Below, piece after piece: positions 49,616 through 63,000 of a DNA stretch of 64,000 bases; the stretch's first letter is position 1; the number at the start of each line of letters is the position of its first letter. The DNA is from Lama glama (Eukaryota): NCBI GenBank assembly GCA_028534125.1, contig CM052829.1:186001-250000 (forward strand), read 5' to 3'. A program made the translations under genes and the position numbers. Under the pieces are notes generated by a model that saw nothing but the letters and a program-made list of their open reading frames with translations, searched no databases and was not told where the DNA came from.

Positions 49616-52600
49616 TGTCGGCCGTGGGCTTGGCCACCAGCTTAGCCTGGTTAGACCCCGAGCAGTGTCCTCAGCTGTGGCCGCCAGTGCTTTGGGCCCC
49701 ATCCACTGCGGCCCCCCATCCTCTATGGCCGCCCCCCCAGCTGAACTCTGTGTTAATGAGGAACGAGGGTGGGGTCTGGAGAGGCATGTCTCCCCGGGCC
49801 GTCTTTGGGGTGTGTGGACACAGCATGGCCCTCCTGCCCGCCTCCCCTGGAGCTGGAGGGCTGCAGAGGGCTGGGGAAGCACATCTGAGAGGCAGCCCAG
49901 AGTCTATTCCTTACGTCTTCCGCCCCTGCCCGATACGAGCATTCAGGCTGTGGGTCAGGGGCCTCCACATGGAGAACCCGGGCCAGACGGTCCGGAAAAC
50001 TGGCCCTGCGCTGCTGGGAGGAGCGGCCCTGCCCACCCCTCACTGTCCTTGGGCTGCCCCCTCTCAGGAGCACTGGCCTCCCCACTGGGTCTCCTCTGGT
50101 CCTGAGCGACAAGTCCAAACACTGTTTTCCTGAAAACCTAAGAGAATGCTAAAGAGCGAGGGGCAGGTTGTTACATGTGACGCATCTATTTCTGAAACAA
50201 AATCACAACCAGCCAGACTGAAAACACACGTGAACCAGTCCACACAGCTGCTCTCCATCTCGGTGGCCTCGGATTTCTTGACACCGAATTATCCCGAGGG
50301 GTCCTGCCTCCGTGACATTCCTTCTGTCTTCCCAGGGTCCGGCCATTTGGCCCTTCGCTGGCCTGGGTGGCTGTGTCCTTTTTTTCTGAGAGGCCCCAGC
50401 CTGGCCTCTGCACACCTGCTCTCCCTTGCATGGCTGTGTCACGAGTCTTCCCTCCTTTCTCGAGGTTGTGTACAGCCTTTGTAGAGATGCCCCAGGGTAC
50501 CCGCCATCCTGCACCCACGGGGCGTCTCCACCTCCCTCCCCTGCCCCCAGCAGTGAGCTTTCCAACCACTGGGGTCTCCGGTCTCTCCACCCTGGGCCGT
50601 CATTCCTCCTCCTGCAAGCGTTTACCAAGCAACGTAACTGTGCAAGTCGCTGGTGCGCAGTGGGCAGCGAACCCAGACATGGTCTTTGCCAAATGGAGGC
50701 TAGAGTCTCCTGCGAGAGACAGACCTTGATCAAATAATCACTTAAGAAAGTAAAGTGTGAAAAGTGCCCCCAAAGAGAAGCTCGTGTTGCTGTGACTCTG
50801 CCAGGTGGGGAAAGGCAGTGACTGTTGAGAGAAGCAGGCACCTCTCTGACGCTCCACAGTCTTGCTGCCCGAGGCCCATCGGGTGCAGCATGTCTGCGTG
50901 AAGACTGCCATCAGCCGAGCCGCAGTGCGGGTTGGGGTGGGGGGCTGGCAAGCATGGCGGCAGTGGGCCCTTTGTCCCCATCTTCCTCATCAGGCCTCAG
51001 CCACGATGCTCGTGGACAGGCCCTAACCCAACATAGAGCCGTGGGGTCGGGTGGGCAGAGACATGCTGCAGAATCAGCTTACTTGGGCTAAATCTCACCT
51101 GTCCTATTCATTAGCCTTGAAACTTCGGGCCCACAGGAGCCAAGCCAAGGACGCAAGAGCAGTGGAGGTGACGCGCTTGAGCCGTCATGAGACTGAAAGT
51201 GACAGCAACGTGAGCCCAGGCACCCGACAATGCTCGTGTACAAAGAAGTCAGGTTCGCGTGCTGTCCCCCTTCGCCCTGCCAAGCGCACATCTCATTGAT
51301 TTGCACGTCTCAGCGTGGTGAGGGATAGACCGTCCCTTGAGGACCGATAGGGCGTCCGGCTTTTTGGGTGTTTCTCCAAGTCTCGGCGGGAGAGGGGAGC
51401 GAGGCACACGTTGTCCCAGGAAAAGCCCAAGGGAAGAGGTGTCTCTGACGCCTGCTTCCTGTCCCCCCAGGCGACCCCATCACTCACGCCCGCCTCTGTT
51501 TACAGGACCGTCCCGCTCCCATCCCCTGATGTCCCACCAGTGACCTGGTGGGAACACTGCTCCTGGGGGCCCGCCCTGGGAACCCGCTCCTCCATGGTTT
51601 CTCGCCCCTTTGGTGCCGTGTGTTCTGGCCCTGACTCAGACCTGGAGGCCGTCCCTCCCTCAGCATCTCTGTTGCCCCTTCTCCAGCTCCAATTCCAAAA
51701 GGACTTCCTCCAGGAAGCCTGTGGGGACTGACTTCTCCAGCGGGGAGAGCCTTCCTCTCTAGGACGTGTGTGTCACCTGAGCCACCGGACTCCTGTCTGG
51801 ACCCTTCAACCAGCTCACACGACGTGTGAGGTCAGAAGCCCAGCCTCCCACCCCTCTGGGCCATCCCGTCTGGCGCCGCTGCTCAGCTGGTTCTTGTACG
51901 AGGTGCTGGGGCCGTACCCGTGGCGGGACGCTGAGCCGAGCTGTCTCAGGTGGGGGGGGACTGGGGGGGCAGCGCCCACCAAAACCCTGCATGGGCTCTG
52001 CCAGTCCGCCCCCAGACAGGCAGGGGCTGCGGAGGCCAGAGAGAAGGGCCCCTGCCGGCTGCTTTCGAGCCCTGACTGGCCCGGTCTGAGGGTCCGGCGC
52101 TCTTCCCGACAAAGCTGGGACTTGAGGCTGGAGGCCTTGCAGCCAGAGCGTGGACACTGGAATTCGGGTAAGACACTCTGACTCGAGATTGGTGTTAATT
52201 ATAAGCCTCAAATAAGAAGAGTAAGTTTGTCCACGGTGAGGAGATACACGGCTTACAGTAGTGATGTCGAAACTTTGGCGAATTTGAAAATTTGGACCTA
52301 TCTCCACATGGGTTTTCTATCTTCCACATCTGATCGCCCACAGGTGGAGCCTCCCGGGAACGGCCCCTGTCCCCTGCCCAGATCAGCCCTCAGCACACCT
52401 GCTTGGAGCCAGCCTTCTGGTTTCGGCCTCTCTCCTTTCCAGACGATGCCGCCATCCACGCCATCGCCCCCTAAAGCAGAGGGCACCACAGTGACCCCCT
52501 GCGGGCTCCTGGCAGGCCCGCTGTGGCCGGGCACCCAGACCCTCCCTTCGGCTGTGCTCTCCAGTCTCCCGCCAGCGCCGTGTGACCCTGGGACTGTCCT

Positions 52601-53974
52601 CACTGCTTTCTCTCTGCTGGGAGTGCCCCAACCTTGGTCCCAGGCTGCCAACCCAAATCAGGTCAGATGACCCTGACCCAAAGTGACCTCCTCATTCCCT
52701 GCTTCTGTCCGGAACCTCACACGTTCTTTCTGCTTCTGTCTCCTTAACTGGGGTGTGAGTGACACAGGGACACGGTCCCAGTGGTTCGTTCGTGGTGCTC
52801 TCTAGAGCGGACTCTGCTTTCAAAGCAGTAAGTTTCCAATGATTTTCAGCTGGTCTGAATAAGATGCACACGTACTCCTAGTGTTGGTTCTGACTCGCAT
52901 GTCATCATGTGTAAAGTCGTGCACTTCGCCTCGATTAGACAAAAGAGAAGCACGTGCTACCCAAGCCCCGACAACAAGCCCATGCATCAGCCGGTCGCCC
53001 AGGCACATGCGCACCGGACGCCCCCGAGACCTCGGCCCATCTTCAACAGAACTCTGTTGGCCCTTGTTCTGGCCTCGGCGGTAGGAGAGGACATGACCAT
53101 AGCAGATCCCTGATGACCACAGCCCAGTGAAACATTTGAGGGTTGAAGACCCCCCTGGGGATCCCTGAAGTCTCGGGCTCCAGCACCTCCTGTTCCCCCG
53201 AGCTTCTCCCTCCCCCGGGCCAGGCTGCCTAGTTCCAGAACACATGTCCTCAGTTCAGGGCCGCTCAGTGTCCGACAGCCCCCAGGAACTGCCAGGCAGG
53301 AAGTCACAACATCCCTGGGGCTATTGGCAGCTCTCCTCCCAGGAACCAGCCTGGTTGTGCGATTACACGCGCACAACCCGCTCCTCCCCAAGGGGAAGGT
53401 GCCGTGTTGCTCTGCCAGCTGCCGTCCCCGGGGCTAGAGGAAGCTGGCCGTCGTGGTGGGCATCTGACCCATGTTCTCGGGCTCCATGTCCTTTGTGCCC
53501 TGTGGGGGACTTCAGGGTCCTGGCTGTGCCATCACAGAGCTCTTGAGCTGAAATGACACACCGTGGCAGAGGTGGGGGGAGTCACCGTTTCTCACTCCCC
53601 ACCAAGCAACACTCAAGTCATGCTGGAGTCCGAGGAACGTTCAGGACCTGGAGCTCAGCCCCCCGCGACCCCCGGACCACTCAGGGAGCCAGGGGAAGCC
53701 AAGTTTAGCCTCCCCGTCAGCCCATGGGACTGGCCCTGCTCTGAGCCTCCCCAGCTGCAGCGTGAGGGCACCTCCACCTGGTCCAGTCTCCCTGCTAGAC
53801 TCTTCCCGCAGCCCCTTCTCTAAGAGGAAGGGCCTTGCAGCATCTTGCTTCCAGGGACTGGAAGTCTCAGGGAGCCAGTCACATCCTGTTTGCCTAACAG
53901 ACACCTGCCCAGGTACCCTCAAACCGTGGCTCGCTCAGTCTCTGCGGCAACCCCACCAGGGAGGAGCTGTCACG

Positions 53975-54100
53975 TGTCCATTCGGAGAGGAGTAACCAAG
54001 GCTAGAAGAGCTGAAATCAAGCGTCTCATCACCAGTTTGTGAGCAGCAGACCTGGGATTTGAATCATGGTGGTTCAGCTCTGGAATCCAAGTACTGAAGC
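53975..54100. mobile_element. MIR SINE remnant
   Basis: cattcggagaggagtaaccaaggctagaagagctgaa...gtgagcagcagacctgggatttgaatc...ctctggaatcca. Confidence 0.6.
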
Positions 54101-55944
54101 CCCCGCCACGGCTGTCGTCGACCCAGAGTCCTCTCTGTCACGTCCCGCACTTCTTGTCTAAGATTACAGGCTGCAGGACTTCAGAGGCAAGGACATTTCC
54201 AATAAAATGTGGGTAGAATTAAGATAATTATAAGCCCGAAGCAGAGTAATGGCAGCACGGGTACCTGGGCTGATGGCCGGGAGGCACAGCAACTCTCCGT
54301 GCCCTGCGGACCGGCTGTCCCCGCGCTCCTGCACACAGCTGAGCACCCAGAACCTCTCGTGTCCTCGGAGAGAGGTCGTACACCGGCTCATTTTCTGGTT
54401 AGGCGCAGGTCTGCCCTCAGACATGGCGACCACAGCTGAGGAGAGGATGCTGTGGGCCTGTCATGAGGTCCAGGCTCACGCGAGATTCGCCCTGCTGCCC
54501 TCTAGGCGTCTCCACGCGGAGGTGCGGTGAAGACGCTCCCACGAGGCCACAGGCTCCTCAGCCACAAGCCGGGGAGGGGGTAGGGGAGCACAGCCCACCG
54601 CCTGGCCTGGCCGCTGGGGCCCCCTTTGGGGCTGCAGCCCCTCCTGCCTATGGGGGTCCGACAACTTGAGCGGCCGCACTCTTGGGCTCAGTTTCCCCCA
54701 AATATTAACTAGATCCCTTGTCTCCAGGGGACGGACTGAATCCCGGCATTTCCACACTCCTGTCACGACCAAGGGCCACAGGAAGCCCAGGTGGGGCGTG
54801 ACAGCTTCCTGGGTGGGAGCCGGGGTGTGGGTCTGTTTTGCTCTGTTTTCCTTGTGGCCCAAGATTCCCTGGAAAAAGCGATCTGTTTGCGATGTCGGTA
54901 ACAGCTGAGCTCCTGCTTCAGCAGCGAGGACTGAGTCTGTCTCCAGGGACTGGCGTGTGGAGCAAACGTCCACGGGAAGGGAGTGCACGGGGAAAGCTGA
55001 ACCTGCCCCCAGCCCCGACACATGAAGGGGAGGCCGGCGGTGAAGTCAGAGAACGGGATCTGGGAGGGCGCCTGGAGCTGCCTTTGTAGAGCCCACCTAA
55101 AAATGCGCTGTCAGGAGCGCTGGTGTCCTGACCCCAGGGACGGAGTCGAAGCAGACCCCAGGACAGGGATGCATTAGGGTCATCTGGAGTCCATCTCCCA
55201 GTTCCTAGAACAGCTGCGGGCCCCAAGGAGGGAGCCTGGCCAATGTGTCCCATCAGCAGAGAGCTGGGCCACACAAAATGCCAAGTAAAGAGGCAGTGAC
55301 TTCTTTGGGTTGAAACTCAGAGCTTCCGGGTCCGCAGCTGACTCCACTGCTGGACGTTTGCAGCCTGGAGGGCCTGCTCATCGCCAGGCTTCCGCCTCCT
55401 CATTAGAGGAGCAGGCCGCTGCCACTGGCCGCAGAGCCAGCTCACAGGGCTGTGCTGCGTGACACATGGACTCAGCCATGGAGCGTGTGTGATGGGATGT
55501 GCTTGCACCACGTCCCTGCGCCTCCCTGGCCATGCTTCTCCCCCTCTTCCCACCCCTCCCTGGGAGCCCACGCCTGGGTCCGGTGATGCCCTCTGCCCCC
55601 TCGCACTGTGCTCTGTGTGGCTGCTCAGCACGGGAAGGGGTTTTCCTTTAGACCTGGGAGGGGCAGGCAGGACGGAAGTTCTGCTGTCCCCTCAGCTTGC
55701 CTCCAAAGTCAGAAATCCGCAAATGTGCCAGTAGCCAGGTGTGTGGGGCAGGTGCGTAGTGTCAGGGCAGCCACTTACCTTCCTCTTGGCTCTGGCTCTG
55801 GATGCTCGGCAGAGGCCCAAAGGATGCCCAAAGGATGGCTGCAGAGCCCAGGATGAAAGATTAAAGATGAATGGTCTGTTTGCTGCAGCTGGTGGAGGGG
55901 GGAAAATAGGACCCACATGGCACAGCTTGGTCTCCAGTTAGACA

Positions 55945-56050
55945 GAGCACACACACACGTGTCCCTACACACAAGCCCACACATCCCCCCTCCACGTGCC
56001 CCCACACGAGCCCACATGCAGTGCCCCCACATGTGCCCACACGCACATGC
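55945..56050. repeat. CA/CCCAC-rich low-complexity repeat
   Basis: Directly visible. Confidence 0.75.
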
Positions 56051-56069
56051 CTTCTAGCCTTCTTCCTTC

Positions 56070-58000
56070 TGGTGAGTGTATTTATAGCTGCAAACGTCCC
56101 TCTAAATGCTGCTGCAGCTCCGTCTCACACACACATGGCTGTGCAGTAGGTTATGGTCACTTAGGTCTGTGAAATTCATATCCTGAAACCTGTGAAGGGT
56201 TCTTTTGTGACAGGGTATGTGGCACCTCACTGTAAAGGTTTCTATTTATTTGGAAAGAATATATGAGCATTGTTTGTTGGGTTCAGATTTCTATGTGTAA
56301 TTATTTGAACGATTTATTAATTATGTTTTAAAAATCCACGTAATTCCTAATGATTCTCATACTTCGGTTTGTCACTCTTGAAAAAGTGTTGAAAACTGCT
56401 GCCAAGTTAGTGCGTCTCCCCCCGCAGTTCAGGGCCTCTCGCCTCCTCTCTAGGCCGTGCTGTCAGCTGCGCGCGTGTTCGTGGCAGCCTGGTCTGCGTG
56501 ACGCATTTCTCTGTCATTATCACGCAGTCCCTCTTCTGATCACTGTTATCTTTGCTGCCTTCAATTTTATTCAACAGCTGTTATAATAACAACTTTCATC
56601 TGATGAATACTTTCACTGTCTATCATTTCTCACCACTTCAGTTTCACTCTTTCATCTTAAGAGTGGCCCTTCTGGACAGTATTAGCTGGAATTCAAAGAC
56701 CCAGCACCACAGTCTCCATCTTTCAAAAGAAAAATTTAACCCATGTAACCCAGCTATGCTTAATGTGGTTATCTACGTGCTTGGACATACTTACAACCTG
56801 CATTTTGTGATTTCTATTGTTCCCTCTCTTTTGCAAAATTTCTACCAATTACTGGTTTAATACGGTTTTCTGCATTCTACTTTTTCTTCATTTGTTAGGT
56901 TGAAACAATATATTTTATTTTTATTTGTTACCGATGCTCACTGCATGGATAGCAAATAAAAATTCATTTCTTAAAAAGCATATATCAATTATGCTTTTTT
57001 CTAACTTCGGAGAATATTATTCAGTATTTCTCTCCTTTTCTCCAAAACAACAAGTTGTAATTATCGCTGACTATCTCTCTTTCCAAATTATTACCACTGT
57101 CTAGGAATTTAGCTTTACTTGCTTGAAGCAAAAATATACTTTTATACACTTTTATGAAAGACTTTTTAAAAACTTAAACGAATTTAAAAAATCAGTCTCC
57201 TGCACTTAGTTGTTTCTCACATCCCGTGAATCTCTCCAGGTTTAGTTACCATTTGGCTGAAACACCTTTAACTTCTTTTTAGTGAGGATTCTGGTTGCTC
57301 AGTTCCTTGTCTTTGAAGGTCTAAAATACGTTTATTCTGCCCTGATTCTTAAATGACAGGTGTAAGTCTTCCAGCTGACAGGTATTTTCTCTAAGCATGT
57401 TTCAGATGTTATTTCATCACCTTTTGACATTCATTGTTGCTGGTTAGTCTGGTATCAGGAGTTCCTCTGTGGTCACATGCCTCTCTCTTTGGAAGCTTTT
57501 AAGATGTACTCGTTCTCTTGGCTGTTACACAGCTACCTGACATTGTGTTTGGTGTGATCATCACTAGGTATCCTGTTCAGTGGATGAAGTGCACATTTGT
57601 TCTGAGGACTAATACCTTCCTTCTGTTCGAGAAGATTCTTCTCAAGTGCTGCCTGCTACTCTTGTTCCATTCTTCCTTTTAGAACACCTGTGAGATGCTA
57701 AAATTTGTCCTTATCTTTAATTGGTCTTTTATATAAAACACTGGTACCCAGTGTTGAGTTTTGGGTGAATACTTCAGTGACATCTTCCAAATATCAACTA
57801 TTCTCTTTGACTGCCTTCAAATTAGAGTTTATTCTGCCTAGTGATTTTTTTCAGTAAATACATCCTTGAGTTATTAATTTTGATTCATTTCTTGTTTGGC
57901 TAAATTTCACCACTAAGACTTTTCGATCTACTGAAAAACTATTGAATTGTCTGAATTCATACGGACTTGAGAATGTATGACCTTGCCTGTGGCATCATAC
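56070..58000 (-). mobile_element. Very old, decayed LINE-1 (ORF1 and ORF2 endonuclease-region remnants)
   Basis: Antisense L1 signatures tatttatagctgcaaacgtccctctaaatgctgct, ttattctgccctgattcttaaatga, tgttatttcatcaccttttgacattcattgttgctg; T-rich strand bias; no ORF. Confidence 0.65.
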
Positions 58001-58127
58001 TTCACCCTTTGCTTCCCTCAGAATTTTGAGGCATTGCTCCACTGGGTGTTGCACTATTTCTTTTACTCAAATTTCTCAGTTAATTAAAATCTTTTAATTT
58101 GTGACATATATCAAATATACAGAAGTG

Positions 58128-58435
58128 TTTTTGATTGAGGTAAAATCGGTCTACAAAAGTTGCACATATTTAATACATACATCTTGATGAGTTTGGACAT
58201 ATGCATACACACACAAGGCCATCACCACAATGCAGGTATTAAGCATGGCCATCGCCTCCAAAAATTCCCTCACGGGTGTTCTGGTGGTAAGAAAACTTAC
58301 ATGAGCTCTTCCCTACTGACGTATTTTAAAGTATACAGCACCACTTTATTCACCATGGATACTGAGTTGTAGAGCACATCTCCAGAACGAATTCGTCTTG
58401 CTGGACACAAATTTATACCCACTGAGCACCAGCAA
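58128..58435 (-). mobile_element. LINE-1 3' end (L1MA10/L1MB1-like)
   Basis: ttgattgaggtaaaa...tgcacatatttaa...gatgagtttggacatatgcatacac...gtggtaagaaaacttacatgag...gttgtagagcacatctccagaac...tttataccc. Confidence 0.8.
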
Positions 58436-59188
58436 CAAAAATATTTCTCTATGAGTGATAGAATTCTACTGCATTCGGATGGTGTTATTCCAGTGAAAGA
58501 ATGTGTTCACTACATGTGCTGTGTTTAAGACTCTCTGCAAAAGAGCAGATACAAAAGATGTTGCTAAGAATGCTAGTTGCATTTATGAGTAAGTACAGTG
58601 TTATTTCATTAAGAGACTGTTCTGAAAAGACTCTAGGAAAATGGCAGAGTAGGATACAACTGGAATCTGTCTCCTCACCTGGACAAAAATTGCACTGGTA
58701 GGATCTGTTTGATCGGTGCACAAAAGTTGCATGTATTTAATACATACATCTTGATGAGCTTGAACATATGCACACACCCACGAGGCCATCACCACTATTT
58801 TGGAACTCTGGAGTCTGTTGAAGGCTTCTGGGGAAGGCTTGGCCAATCAACTGCAGTCACTTTTGATCAGTGCCACCTCTTACCACAGGAGCAGCCACCT
58901 ACCTCCCAGCCCCAGCCCCTGGCAGCAGCTATACATGTGTTCCTGGAACAGCTTATACACAGCTTGTGGGAGCCAGCCGGGGGGGGAGGGGGGTGGGCAA
59001 AAAGGACCCTGTCCTGCAAACATAAAGATCTGTGCTCTGATCACAGAGGCACCGACACGGAGGAGGGTGCCATTATTGCTGCACCCTCCTCCTTGCCACT
59101 GCTACAGCACTACCCCGCCAGCTGAAGTGACAGGGGATTTAAAAGTCCCACTCCTGTTCCCCCCCTTTTCTCCCCCCTTTTACTTGGA

Positions 59189-60044
59189 TTTTATTTATTT
59201 ATTTATTTATTTTAAACATTTTTTACTGAGTTATAGTCAGTTTACAATGGTGTGTCAAATTCCAGTGTAGAGTACAATTTTTCAGTTATACCTGAACATA
59301 CATATACTCACTGTCACATTTTTTTTTGCTGTGAGCTACCACAAGATCTTGTATATATATTTCCCTGTGCTATACAGTATAATCTTGTTTATCTATTCTA
59401 CATATGCCTGTCAGTATCTACAAATTTTGAAATATCAGTCTGTCCCTTCCCACCCTCCCATCCTCCTGGCAACCACAAGTTTGTATTCTATGTCTATGAG
59501 TCTGTTTCTGTTTTGTATTTATGTTCATTTTTTTTTAGTTTCCACATATGTGTGATCTCATATGGTATTTTTCGTTCTCTTTCTGGCTTACTTCACTTAG
59601 AATGACATTCTCCAGGGACATCCATATTGCTGCANNNNNNNNNNNNNNNNNNNNNNNNNNNNNNNNNNNNNNNNNNNNNNNNNNNNNNNNNNNNNNNNNN
59701 NNNNNNNNNNNNNNNNNNNNNNNNNNNNNNNNNNNNNNNNNNNNNNNNNNNNNNNNNNNNNNNNNNNNNNNNNNNNNNNNNNNNNNNNNNNNNTTCTGAA
59801 GTAGGGTTCCTTCTGGATATATGCCCAGGAGTGGGATTACTGGGTCATATGGTAAGCTTGTTTCTAATCTTATGATGAATCTCCATACTGTTTTCCACAG
59901 TGGCTGCAGCAAACTGCATTCCCACCAGCAGTGCAGGAGGGTTCCCTTTTCTCCACAGCCTCTCCAGCATCTATCGTTTGTGGACTTTTGAATGATGGCC
60001 ATTCTGACTGGTGTGAGGTGATACCTCATTGTAGTTTTGATTGC
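59189..60044 (-). mobile_element. Young 5'-truncated lineage-specific LINE-1 (camelid-like 3' UTR) nested in the older L1 5' UTR
   Basis: (TTTA)n tail at 59189-59213; open ORF2 C-terminus [65 protein letters not shown]. No clean TSD found. Confidence 0.95.
59635..59793. other. Assembly gap (159 N) inside the young L1
   Basis: Run of N. Confidence 0.99.
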
Positions 60045-63000
60045 TTTCCCTTTTATTTTTTGCTTTTCCCTCTTTTGGGAGCCAGACATTAAAGACTAGG
60101 ACATTAAAAAATGACTGTATATACAGGGAAAAATAGAAAGAGTCCATGCATGCCCAGGGAAAGTTTAAGAAAAAACAGAAGAAGACATTAAGTTTATGCC
60201 TCAGGCTGATCTTTAGCAAAGAGATATTATAACATAATCAAAAAGCAAAAACAATAAACAATAACAAAATCCAGCAAACCCTGGGAGAAGGGGAAAATCT
60301 GATTTTCAGAGTCACCACATTATTAAATTTAAATGTCCAGGGTTCAATAAAAAATAAAAAAGCAGACAGAGAAAAAGGAAATCACGCCCATTCAAAGAAA
60401 AAAAAATTCAACAGAAACTGTCCCTGAAAAAGATGTAATGGCAGATACATTAGACAAAGACTTTAAAACAAATGTTTTAGATAAACTCAAAGAACTAAAG
60501 GAAGATGTAGATAAAGTCAAGAAAACATTGCGTTCACAAAATGGAAATATCAGTAAAAAGATAGAAAACCTAAAAAGAACCCCCAAATAAATTCTGGACT
60601 GAAAGTATAATAACCAAAGTGAAAAACTCATTAGAGGGATTCATAGGCAGATCTGAGCAGTCAGAAGGAAGAATAAGCAAATGTGACGACAGACAAAGGG
60701 AATTATTGAGTCTGAGGAACAGAAAGAATAAAGATTAAAGAAAAGCTAACAGTCCTAAGATACCTGTGGAAGACCACGAGGTGGAACAGCACATGCATCT
60801 GACAGTCCCAGAAGGAGAAGAGAGAGAAAGGGGCAGAGGAAATGTTTGCAGAAATAATGGCTGAGAATTCCCAAATATGAATACATGAATATAAACAACC
60901 AAGAAGCTCACCGAACTTCAGGTAGGATGAACTCAAAGAGACTCAGACTGAGACATATTCTATCAAACTTTCAAAAGACAAAGACAAAGAAAGGATCTAG
61001 AAAACAGCACAAGAGAAGAAAGTCATCGCACACAAGGGATCCTCAGCAAGATAACCAGCAGACTTCTCACTAGAAACTCTGGAGGTCAGGAGATGATAGG
61101 CAGATAGATTCAAAGTGTTAAACGGAAAAACACGAAAACCAAAACCCGTCAATCAAGAATCCTGTATCTGGCAAGACTGTCCTTCAAAAGTGAGGGAGAA
61201 ACAGACATTCTCAGATAAACAAAAGCTGAGGGAGTTTGTAATCACTAGACCTGTCCTGCTAGAAATGCTCCAGAGGGTCCTGCAGGTGACGTGAGAGGAC
61301 GCTAGACGGCACCTCAAAGCCACATGGAGAAACAAAGTTCTCAATAAAGGTGAGTGTTACTGTGGTAATGACTTGTAACTGCACCTTTTGTTTTCTACGT
61401 GATGTAAGACACTAATACAGAAAAAGAAAAACAATTATTAGGGTAAAAGCTAATATAACTGTAACTTTAGTTTGTAACTCCAAATCTTATCTTTCATATA
61501 ATTTAAGACTGTAATGCATTTAAAGAATGATTATTTTATGTTTTGGGGGCACATAGTGTATAAAGATGTAATTTTGTGACATCAACAGCCAAAAAGGGTC
61601 AGAACTGAGCTATAAAGGAGCAGTTTTTGTATGTTATTGAAGTTAAGCTGATGTGAATTCAAATTAGAGTATTATAATTTTACACTTAAATGTCATCCTT
61701 GTGGTAACCACAAAGAAAATAAATTTAACACATACACAAAAGGGAATAAGAAAGGGGTTTATTTACTACAAAAACTAAACGAAACACAAAAGAAGACAGG
61801 AATGTATCAAAGTATATGAAATAAAACAATAACAGAATTTAAGGAGAAATAGACAGTTCTACAATAGTTGGAATCTTTAATATCCCACTAGTAAAGGGAT
61901 AACCGGACCGAAGAAAGTTATGGAAATAGGGAATGTAAATGACATAATAAACCAACCAGATCTAACACACATACACAGAAACTCTACCCAACAAACAGAA
62001 GACATGCTATCCTCATGTGCACGTGGATAATTTCCAGGATAGACTGTATGTTACACCAGAGATTTTATGAACGGATTTAGAAAGATAGCTATCATACAAA
62101 CTGTCTTCTGTGACCACCATAAAGTTAAAAATTAATAACAAAAGGAAAATTATAAAATTCACAAAATTAAGCAACACACTTTTAGACAGCCAGTGGATCA
62201 AAAGATAAAATCACAAGAGAAATAGAAGTACTTAGAGAAAAATGAAAACACAAACACAACACACCAAAACTTACGGGATTCAGTGGGAGCAGTGTTAAGG
62301 GGGACATTTATAGCTATAAATGCTTGCATTAAAAAACAAGAACGAATTCAAACCAACACCCTAAACTTACAAATGAAGCAACTAGAAAAAGAAGAATAAG
62401 CTAAACACAAAGTTAGCAGAAGGAAGGAGATAGTAGAGACTAGGACAGAGGTAAATATAACAGAGACAAGGAAAACAATAAAGATCAATGAAACTAAAGT
62501 TGATTCTTCGAAAAGACAAATGAAATTGAGACACCTTCAACTTCAGGTAGATGGACTAAGAAGAAAGAGGAAAGACTCAGATTACTAAAGCCAAAAGTGG
62601 AAGTGGGGACGTTGCTACTGATCTCACAGAAATAGGCATACTAGGAACAACTGCGTATAAACAAATGGATAATCTAGGTGAAACTGACAGATTCCCAGAA
62701 ACACAAAACCCACCAAGACTAAATCACAAAGAGACAGAAGATCTGAATGGCTCTGTAACCAGCAAGGTGACTGAATCAGCAATAAAACATCTTCCAATAA
62801 AGAAAGACTTTGGACCTGATGACTTCATTGGTAAATTCTACCATTTAAAGAACTGCTGCCAATTCGTCTTAAACTTTTCAAAAATATTAAAGAGGTGGGA
62901 ACGCTTTTTAACTCATTCAATGAGGCCTGCATTAACTGGTACCAAAGCCAGACAAAGACATGACAAGAAAAGAAAACTGCAGACCAGTATCCCTATGACA

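Noticed and set aside
7223-55856. Many 100-284 aa ORFs (e.g. 7223-8077, 26760-27509, 36025-36693, 49437-50105, 50203-50841)
   Set aside because: Pro/Gly/Arg/Ala/Ser-rich, no domain signatures, overlapping on both strands, many with non-ATG starts; expected by chance in GC-rich DNA.
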